Positions 57,013 to 64,000 of a stretch of 64,000 nucleotides of DNA are shown here, piece after piece. Both the position numbers and the translations under genes were made by a program. Position 1 is the first letter of the stretch, and the number at the start of each line of letters is the position of its first letter. The DNA lies in IMG/VR virus record IMGVR_UViG_3300036892_000014, positions 19,882 to 83,881 of that record. One strand, written 5' to 3'. Below the pieces are notes generated by a model, which was given only the letters and a program-made list of their open reading frames with translations, ran no database searches and had not been told where the DNA came from. The DNA is from a virus.

Positions 57013-57021
57013 ATTAACACT

Positions 57022-57453
57022 CTATTTCTTTTTCTTTCTGTCAAGTTTTTCTTTCTTTCGTTGCGCGGCGCGAACTTTTTCGAATACACGAGTGAAGGGC
57101 GACAACGCATGGTTCAAGAAGTCGCCCACGCGTTCGTGCGCTTCCCCGAGTTCATTATGCGACATGAAGAACATGTAGTCTGAAGACTCCTCAGAGAATG
57201 AAGGCTTCTTCTTGTACCGCACGTTCAAGTCAACCAGTGACGCCTCATAAAGTTCATGGAGCAGAGTCGCCAAGGCTTCGGTCCACCCGTCTTCGACGCC
57301 GACGAAGATTTTCGTCTGGCCCTGATCGTCTGGCAACAGTTCCACCGATCCACTGGCCGTATTAGGCGCTACGAATAATTGCACCCAGCGCAGGCCCAGT
57401 CGAAACCTCCCAACCGGGACAGGCTTACTCATATCCATATTGACGTTTTTCAT
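57022..57453 (-). CDS. Hypothetical protein (HE-motif, zincin-like fold possible)
   Basis: TLLHELYE. Confidence 0.55.
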   Translation of the reverse strand: MKNVNMDMSKPVPVGRFRLGLRWVQLFVAPNTASGSVELLPDDQGQTKIFVGVEDGWTEALATLLHELYEASLVDLNVRYKKKPSFSEESSDYMFFMSHNELGEAHERVGDFLNHALSPFTRVFEKVRAAQRKKEKLDRKKKK

Positions 57454-57658
57454 TAGCCCTCGCTTTTCATGTCTAGTACCCTATCTGCCCATGCTCTGCG
57501 GGCTGCGTCTGTTTCTCGAAATGGCGGAAAAGTATTCCAGAAAGCTACGTGGGTAAAGTGCTGTTTAAGGTCTTTCTCGTAACGCAGGCCATCCCCGCCT
57601 ATGATTATAGCCGTCATCGTCTTTATTTGACCCATTAATGGCACCCATCCGAAGCCTG

Positions 57659-57687
57659 ATAGTCTCATATTTCTGTAAATTTGTCAA
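57659..57687 (-). promoter_or_regulatory. Sigma70-type promoter
   Basis: TTGACA-N17-GACTAT (TG extended). Confidence 0.55.
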
Positions 57688-57708
57688 GTTTAAAACGGTA
57701 GATCATCC

Positions 57709-58086
57709 TCAATGCCTCAACGCTTTGGCACGTTTATTGAAGTGCGGCTTGATGCGCTTGCCCTTGAACGCGGCGGCACCGACAACACCCTTTGCCGTGT
57801 TCTGCGATGCAATTCTCTCGGGAACTGTGCGCTCATTTGGCCCACGATCAACGACAGTTGTGAACGTAACCGTACAGTTGACGGTTGTACGGTGACGAGC
57901 CTTGCAAACTTGGCACTTTATCATCTTGCCAAGTTCTGGGTGACGGCCAGAAAACGAGCGCTGTTTGATGGCTGCCAGCGCATTCTCTGCCGCTACGATG
58001 CCCTCGATACTCGGCTTCACCGATTCATAGGTGATAGGCTCTTGTATATCGGACACGCTTTCGACTATGTCTTGCGGATCGATCAC
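57709..58086 (-). CDS. Hypothetical protein with CxxC..H..C
   Basis: GAGG SD, GTG start. Confidence 0.6.
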   Translation of the reverse strand: MIDPQDIVESVSDIQEPITYESVKPSIEGIVAAENALAAIKQRSFSGRHPELGKMIKCQVCKARHRTTVNCTVTFTTVVDRGPNERTVPERIASQNTAKGVVGAAAFKGKRIKPHFNKRAKALRH

Positions 58087-58219
58087 TCGGGCACCTCTTC
58101 AACGTTTTCAACAATCCAGTCAGCACACGCTTGATCTATAGCTATATTCGTAGCCTCTTCCGCAGATTCCGCCTCGACTTGAATTTGGTCGTATGCTCTG
58201 AGTTCGACGTTATAAGTTT

Positions 58220-58459
58220 TCATCGAAGAAAAACCTTCATGCGCTGAACTGCGGCGGAAAGTGTATTTCTCGCTTCGATATGATCGAGGTCTCTGCCGTA
58301 TCTATCTCGAAATAGGTCCTTGAACATACTTGCTGGTGCCTCACTGCAAATCTTTTCCAGCACAGGTATGGCCTTCTTCAATGCGCGTCTTGCTTTCCAA
58401 CGGATGTAAAATTCTTTTATCATATTGATCTCCTCGTATTCGTTATGTGGCCCACTCAT
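58220..58459 (-). CDS. Hypothetical protein
   Basis: TAATG coupling; internal AGGAG SD suggests a later start. Confidence 0.5.
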   Translation of the reverse strand: MSGPHNEYEEINMIKEFYIRWKARRALKKAIPVLEKICSEAPASMFKDLFRDRYGRDLDHIEARNTLSAAVQRMKVFLR

Positions 58460-59082
58460 TAAACAGAGCGTCCAAAATCGTAGCGTCGGCCTGTGTGCGT
58501 CTTCGCGTCGTCCACGGGTTCTAACCTAAGCTTCATCGGAAATTCGCACGCCGGGTCCAATACCCATAGCGCCCAGGCGATCTCGAATGCCTCAAGATTA
58601 TAATTTACAACCAACAACCTTAAACGTTCCTTCAGCGTAAGCATCTCGTATTCGTCGATACGGTTCGAGGCGGCTTGAGTACTGTTTCCAATAGCGCCCA
58701 CGAGGCGTTCGATGTGCCCTTGTTCGATAGTCGGCGATCTCGGTGTCTTCTTTGCTGTGGCGTTCGCTAGGCGCTTACCCTTTGATCCAATGGTGATGAT
58801 GATGTCATCCCCGTAAATTTCCATCTTCTTGTTGACGGTGACCTTGCCCGTGCGTTTGCACATCACACAACTACGTACCCGCTTCTCCTGGCCTGCGCAG
58901 AGCGGGCAATCCTCTTCAATGCTTGCGGTCTTGTATCCTTTAACGACAAACTGTGCCGAGCCCTGCGTTATCAGCTTGGCGGCTTCCACGGTCGTGATGT
59001 ACTTCCTGCATCTGCACCCCACTGGCGACAGTGGGTTATCCCTCTGGAAACACGTGTGCTCCAGAATTTTCTTAGTGTCCAT
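58459..59082 (-). CDS. Hypothetical protein with DnaJ-like CxxCxG zinc finger
   Basis: CPLCAG...CVMCKRTG. Confidence 0.65.
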   Translation of the reverse strand: MDTKKILEHTCFQRDNPLSPVGCRCRKYITTVEAAKLITQGSAQFVVKGYKTASIEEDCPLCAGQEKRVRSCVMCKRTGKVTVNKKMEIYGDDIIITIGSKGKRLANATAKKTPRSPTIEQGHIERLVGAIGNSTQAASNRIDEYEMLTLKERLRLLVVNYNLEAFEIAWALWVLDPACEFPMKLRLEPVDDAKTHTGRRYDFGRSV

Positions 59083-59097
59083 ATCTCCCTTCGAGAC

Positions 59098-59529
59098 TTA
59101 CAGTGCCTCACTAGATGCCCCAATACCGTCGCCCTTTCTAGGGCGTCCTCTGGGCCTGTGAGAGGGTTTGAAAGAATTCTTCATAGCCTTGTTCACCCGG
59201 TATGTTAGGCACTCTACCGCATTAGTAGTCATTTTCAACTCTTCCGCAACAGAAGCTATTGTCGCCCCAACTCGGTAATATAGATGTATAAACCTAACCA
59301 TTCGAGAAGCGAGTTTACGTTGTTCTGGATCGGACATTGCTTTCGGAAAACGAATACGGATAAATTGCGCAACCTTTTCATCATCGAGCGCCCACACGGG
59401 TACTCTCCTCATTCTAGCGGTGTGCTGCGTTGCTCCAGCGGTCTTGATAATGCCGTGACCACCTCGAACAAAGCTGTCGTTCCCGTCTAATTGAGTTCGT
59501 AGACTCGAAAATGAACCGCCTTTCTCCAA
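59098..59529 (-). CDS. Sigma region-4-like HTH protein with C-terminal AT-hook
   Basis: LYY..G.TI..VAEEL.MT..AV; RPRGRPRK. Confidence 0.55.
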   Translation of the reverse strand: MEKGGSFSSLRTQLDGNDSFVRGGHGIIKTAGATQHTARMRRVPVWALDDEKVAQFIRIRFPKAMSDPEQRKLASRMVRFIHLYYRVGATIASVAEELKMTTNAVECLTYRVNKAMKNSFKPSHRPRGRPRKGDGIGASSEAL

Positions 59530-59532
59530 ATT

Positions 59533-59799
59533 TTAGTCTCCTAGAAATTCTTTCTTAAGTCGTTTTTGCTCCTCGATTGGAAGTTCTTTCAACTTCGCAA
59601 TCGTCAACCTACGGTTTCCTAGAAAGGTGAGGAACCTAGTAGCCGATAGTTTTGCCGGACTCATTCTATGTTCGTCAATCGCAGTAATCATTTCATCTTC
59701 TGCATCTTGAAGACCGATAGCACGGTTCCCCCCAGCTTCTCGTCCGTGGAATTCATTTACATCCTCGATATCATTCACTGCGAATATGCTAAGTTTCAT
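59533..59799 (-). CDS. Hypothetical protein
   Basis: GGAG SD, operonic. Confidence 0.6.
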   Translation of the reverse strand: MKLSIFAVNDIEDVNEFHGREAGGNRAIGLQDAEDEMITAIDEHRMSPAKLSATRFLTFLGNRRLTIAKLKELPIEEQKRLKKEFLGD

Positions 59800-59989
59800 C
59801 GGGAGTCTCCAATTCTTTCATTAGATTTTTAAGTCTCGCTTCTCGTTGTTGACTTTCTGAAAATCTTCGCTCGCCGCCGGGTTCCGGGGAATCAACCTCT
59901 TTAAGTCTACCATCACGTAAACCGAAATAGGACGACCAATTAAGCGACATATTATCATAATCATCTAAGCTAGGTTTTCTACCACTCAT
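59789..59989 (-). CDS. Hypothetical protein
   Basis: ATGA coupling. Confidence 0.55.
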   Translation of the reverse strand: MSGRKPSLDDYDNMSLNWSSYFGLRDGRLKEVDSPEPGGERRFSESQQREARLKNLMKELETPDET

Positions 59990-61209
59990 ACTTCCTCTTC
60001 TCGAAACAAGTCATCGAATGACTGTTCGTCTGATTTGATAAAGTTCTGGTTCCTGTAAGCCTCTTCCTTCAGCACGAATGCCCTAAAGTAAGAGTCGTTG
60101 CGGTCGTCGTGCGGGTAACGAATTCCGAACGTATTCGGCCACTGATTATTCTTAGATGCGTTCACGATAGATACGATCTGTCGTGCCGCTATTTGGCCCG
60201 CTTCGGCTGCCGACTGTTCGCTGACAAGGCCCGCATTGAATTGCAAACGCTGCTTGGTCAGGCTCGTCAACGGTGTGAAGGTGCCGTTCTGCTTGAGCCA
60301 GTTCAGGGCGCGTTCCTTCGCTACATCCGTCTGATCCAACTTGTCTCCTTTCTTACCTTGCGCTCGATCCATTTCTTCGAGCATGAAGTCGTTGTAGACT
60401 ACCCATGCGTGGTCGCCGTCCACCTTGGCGATGACGGCCTCTTGCCCCGCCTTAAAGTTTTCTGTAGCTTCCAGCAGCGTCACAGAATAGCCCTTTTTAT
60501 AACCTAATCCCTTCTTAACAAACCAGAGGAAGGCAACTGTTCTGATTCCTGAGAGCCATGAATACCGACGGAGTTGCGTGTCATATGCCGCCATTCCCAT
60601 CTGTTCTGGGAAATCGAGTGCGCTAGTCTTGATGTCAACGATAAGCGGCAAGAAGGGTTCTGACTTCGATTCCCACTCAGTTCGTGGCAGAAGCGGGTGA
60701 TTAGGCGTTTCAATATAGCAGACAATGTCCAACCTGCCCGCGTCTTCAATTTCCCCATAGTTTGGGTCGCCTTCAAACACGACTTTGGAATATTCTCTTT
60801 GAAAAACACTGTTTCCCCCTAGCGGGATGGGAAGACTGGGCTGCCTCACGCGATAAAGACGAACCATATCTTTTCCCACTATCTCGCAGTTTGCCCAATC
60901 CTTCTCAACGTCAGTGTATGTCATATCGCCGTTCTCTTTGTGGGCCGCCCAACGGCGCACGAAGTCCTCGACGATATCGATCTGACTGTTGCGTTCATGG
61001 TATGCCTGAATGCTCTCCTCGATTGCTTTTCCGAAGCAGAATCTAGCTTTGTTATCCCGTTCGCGCCATCCTAAAACCTTTTGAAGGTAATAGGCATAAG
61101 GACTTTTATCGAAGAGCATCCCGGCACTATAACTGTGCTTCCGATGCGGAAAACCACGGCTATTCACATAAAGGAATGGTGCTGTCATTTCAAACCCCCT
61201 GAAAATCAT
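59986..61209 (-). CDS. PD-(D/E)XK (RecB-like) nuclease
   Basis: HSYS, FG.A, E......GRLD....IVDIKT...QL..Y; true start may be 61188. Confidence 0.8.
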   Translation of the reverse strand: MIFRGFEMTAPFLYVNSRGFPHRKHSYSAGMLFDKSPYAYYLQKVLGWRERDNKARFCFGKAIEESIQAYHERNSQIDIVEDFVRRWAAHKENGDMTYTDVEKDWANCEIVGKDMVRLYRVRQPSLPIPLGGNSVFQREYSKVVFEGDPNYGEIEDAGRLDIVCYIETPNHPLLPRTEWESKSEPFLPLIVDIKTSALDFPEQMGMAAYDTQLRRYSWLSGIRTVAFLWFVKKGLGYKKGYSVTLLEATENFKAGQEAVIAKVDGDHAWVVYNDFMLEEMDRAQGKKGDKLDQTDVAKERALNWLKQNGTFTPLTSLTKQRLQFNAGLVSEQSAAEAGQIAARQIVSIVNASKNNQWPNTFGIRYPHDDRNDSYFRAFVLKEEAYRNQNFIKSDEQSFDDLFREEEV

Positions 61210-62776
61210 ATTGGTACTCCACGATCTGCGAAAAATACTTCTCTGGTATGAACATGCTTCGAGAACCTGACCAAGATAGCTGAAGCGTCTCAGCAGCCCG
61301 CGAACACGCCACGAAAAAGATTCGACGCTCCTCTGTTAGCTCCCCGTTTTTATGGGGCATCATGCCCTGTTCGCATCCGATCACATAAACATGTTTAGCT
61401 TCTCTTCCTTTGTATTGATGTACTGTCGCCAGCATCAAGTCCTTTTCCTTTCGAGACTTTCTGCCATACGTCAACTTTCGGATGTAGTTGAGAAATTCGG
61501 CCACGTTCCCGCCCCGTGTGGCAGCAATCTTCACCACGTTGTTCAGGTTCTCGATTGGGTCAGAGTTCATCACATCGCCCGAGTTTCGGTAGCGGTTGAA
61601 CAGGTTATGATCCACAATGATATTCCGTAGCGAGGTTTGCGCATTATTGAACTGGCTCACGTCCTTCGCTAGGGTCAAGAGTGCCTTGACTTCGTTCTGC
61701 TCGAAGAAATCTTTCTTCCCTAGGTTACGATACTTGATGCCCTTCGATGCAGCGATGCGCTGCACGTTGAAGAGCAGGCGGTTCGTCCTGGCTATGATGA
61801 CCGAGTTCTCGGGGTCTTTCGACGCTTGTTCGAGGACTTTACGCACCTCGGTGTCGTCATCTGGATACTTGATGAATATCGGATCGACGCCTTCTGGGTT
61901 CACCGTCATCATGTGACTGGCGAGCCCATTATCTACCGGGAGAATTTCTCTATAGAACTGAACAAGTCTTCCAGTGCTGCGGTAATTCTGTCCGAGATAT
62001 AGCGTTCTCGCTCCTGGGAAGATTCTAGAGAAGTTTGAAAGATTGCCCGGCTGTGCACTACGCCATTCATATATAAGCTGATTTTCGTCACCAACAACGA
62101 GGATGTTGTCTTTGTAGAGAAGCTGAAGGAGTCGAAACTGGGTAATGTCGGTATCTTGGCATTCATCCACCGAAATATAGCTGCGTTGATTTCTTGCTTG
62201 TACGTCATCATAAGTCTCCAGTACTTTCACTGCTTCTTGCATCAGGGAATCGAAGTCTAGCCAGCCCTGCTCACGGCAGCGCTGCTCATAATCCGCGTAT
62301 GCCAATGCTAGGTAATATTCCATCCCGACGGATTCCTGAAGGGCTTGGCCGGGCGTAATGTTAGTGCGCTTCCATTCAGAAATTTTTCCTTGCAACGTTC
62401 TGAAGCTTGGAATTTGCGGGTACAACTTGACCAGGTCAAAAAGCAACTGGTAATCCTCGCCGCGAACGGGAATGATCGTGTCGGTCATCTGGAACGGCAC
62501 AAACTTGCGCTCTCGCTTCAATAACTCCAAGGCAAACGAGTGAAACGTGCGGAAGACGGACTCCGCATTGATAATGCCGATCCTGCGCACCATCTCTTCG
62601 GCGGCGGCACTGGTGAAGGTCAGATTCAGAATGTCGCGCTGCGGGATTCCGCGGATCAACATCTGAATGTGGCGCTCTAGTAGCACCGTGGTCTTGCCTG
62701 AACCCGGGCCTGCAACCACGACCCAAGTACCGTCTATGGTCTGGATGACTTCCTTCTGAGATGGGTTAAAGTCCAT
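61190..62776 (-). CDS. UvrD/REP-family SF1 helicase
   Basis: AGPGSGKT, TFHS, VDECQD, VGD.NQ.IY.WR, NYRS, TVH..KG.E, EERRIFFVA.SRA. Confidence 0.95.
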   Translation of the reverse strand: MDFNPSQKEVIQTIDGTWVVVAGPGSGKTTVLLERHIQMLIRGIPQRDILNLTFTSAAAEEMVRRIGIINAESVFRTFHSFALELLKRERKFVPFQMTDTIIPVRGEDYQLLFDLVKLYPQIPSFRTLQGKISEWKRTNITPGQALQESVGMEYYLALAYADYEQRCREQGWLDFDSLMQEAVKVLETYDDVQARNQRSYISVDECQDTDITQFRLLQLLYKDNILVVGDENQLIYEWRSAQPGNLSNFSRIFPGARTLYLGQNYRSTGRLVQFYREILPVDNGLASHMMTVNPEGVDPIFIKYPDDDTEVRKVLEQASKDPENSVIIARTNRLLFNVQRIAASKGIKYRNLGKKDFFEQNEVKALLTLAKDVSQFNNAQTSLRNIIVDHNLFNRYRNSGDVMNSDPIENLNNVVKIAATRGGNVAEFLNYIRKLTYGRKSRKEKDLMLATVHQYKGREAKHVYVIGCEQGMMPHKNGELTEERRIFFVACSRAAETLQLSWSGSRSMFIPEKYFSQIVEYQYDFQGV

Positions 62777-62825
62777 AAGGTGTCTTATGTGAGTCGTTAA
62801 GTAGGTTACGGTACCAGATACGGTA

Positions 62826-64000
62826 CTAAATCCCGACAGTATCCTCTATGTATTTGATGGCTACCTTCGCGCCTTCGTTCGTGATCTTGGTTTCGAGCGT
62901 CGTGAGATATTTCTCCCACTGCTCGACGGTCAACTCCGAGAGATTCGCAACGTCTGGGAACATGATGTTTGCTAGATCACGCATCTTGTCTGCGTTTCCC
63001 TTGCCTTCCTTCGGCGCGAATCCGTTCGGCTCTAGATGATCGTTGACAATCTTGAAGAGACGCTGACGGAATGGCTTGACTAATTCAGATGATAGGCGCG
63101 GTTTTGCTGGCGCGGTAGCCTTAGCCACCAAGAATTGGTCAACTTGTGCGCTGACGACAGCAGGCGGGACGGTTTGGGTGACGCTTGCGATTGTACCTTT
63201 TGGAACCTCATGCCACCCCGTAGTATGATCTGGAATGCTTTCAAAAGCGGCTTGTTTTTGCGCCTCGGTCGGCGACGATGACTGTGCGGTCGAAGGCGGT
63301 TCGGACGGACCCATGTTCACTTTCGCCTTGTTCGGGCCACGGGGCTTGCGGACTGCTTTCTTAGTTTCACTGGTTTGGGGCGTTTCAACGACTGCTGAAA
63401 CAGGCTTATTCAGTGAAGCGATAGCATCGGCGCGAAGCTTGGCCATGCGTGCTTCGAATTCAGCTTGCTGAGTCGGTGGCGTAGAGCCGATCTCGTTCGT
63501 GATCTTATCATACAACTTTTGAAACTCTTCTTTCATCTTTTGCTGGTCATCAAGACCTGAGATATCGGGTGTGATATCTTTGCCCGGCGCACTCGACGCG
63601 GCTACAGTCGGCTGCGGTGCAGCCATGGAGATAAACTCGGACACAGTCGGGTGGGCAATGATCTTCACCGTCCTACCTTGATGAACTTCGGATTCGTCCA
63701 GCACTCCAGCGCCGACGAATTGCAGTGTGACGCGACGAAGGGCACGCGTGTTCGCTGTCATAATGGCGTCATCTAGTTGCGTACCAGACATCCCTTCGAT
63801 CCACTTTGAGCCTGTGGAAATTTCCTGGCGACCTGTCTTCTTGGACACGGCGGTCGCGGTAAACACGATGCTTCCACCGATCATCTGACTCGTCAGCGAG
63901 GTCACATCGATCTGAAGATTGTTGCGCACGTTCTCGGTCGCTCCACGTTTGGCGTAGGCAACCAGACGGGCTGGACCCTCGCCGTCATCGATGCGGGTCA
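62826..64000 (-). CDS. 5'-partial protein, possible single-strand annealing recombinase
   Basis: Frame is open to the window end; AIM.A.TRALRR.T motif followed by a long linker; lies before helicase and nuclease. Confidence 0.4.
   Translation of the reverse strand, partial: TRIDDGEGPARLVAYAKRGATENVRNNLQIDVTSLTSQMIGGSIVFTATAVSKKTGRQEISTGSKWIEGMSGTQLDDAIMTANTRALRRVTLQFVGAGVLDESEVHQGRTVKIIAHPTVSEFISMAAPQPTVAASSAPGKDITPDISGLDDQQKMKEEFQKLYDKITNEIGSTPPTQQAEFEARMAKLRADAIASLNKPVSAVVETPQTSETKKAVRKPRGPNKAKVNMGPSEPPSTAQSSSPTEAQKQAAFESIPDHTTGWHEVPKGTIASVTQTVPPAVVSAQVDQFLVAKATAPAKPRLSSELVKPFRQRLFKIVNDHLEPNGFAPKEGKGNADKMRDLANIMFPDVANLSELTVEQWEKYLTTLETKITNEGAKVAIKYIEDTVGI

Noticed and set aside
59986-61209. 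Cas4
   Set aside because: Lacks the four-Cys Fe-S motif and any cas context; better described as a RecB-like nuclease next to UvrD.

Overview
This 64 kb window is part of a temperate tailed dsDNA phage genome with a podovirus-like gene set and two converging arms. The + strand (1-37992) is the late/structural arm: terminase, portal, scaffold, major capsid protein, adaptor and tail proteins, collagen-like and repeat fibres, ejection proteins and a tailspike. The - strand (37989-64000) is the early/replication arm: AAA ATPase, tyrosine integrase, PTH2, ATP-dependent ligase, SNF2 and UvrD helicases, PD-(D/E)XK nuclease, GH108 lysin and many small ORFs behind TTGACA-N17 promoters. Main structure not shown by the ORF track: (1) A 207-nt ORF-less group I intron (8513-8719) splits the major capsid gene, and a free-standing EndoVII-family endonuclease lies just downstream. 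(2) A 1980-aa polyvalent virion protein is built from modules joined by IKPxNPxL linkers; each of its two peptidase-like modules is followed by a nested +1-frame small ORF with its own Shine-Dalgarno (SD) site. (3) A 461-bp non-autonomous IS1595-like cassette has 22-bp inverted repeats and an 8-bp target duplication. (4) An ice-binding-like DUF3494 domain is inserted in the tail protein. (5) Four endonuclease genes of different families are broken by loss of their centre. (6) SD-sequestering pseudoknots precede two endonuclease genes, and a promoter drives a ~100-nt structured RNA. All family assignments are from motif recognition by eye; no searches were run.
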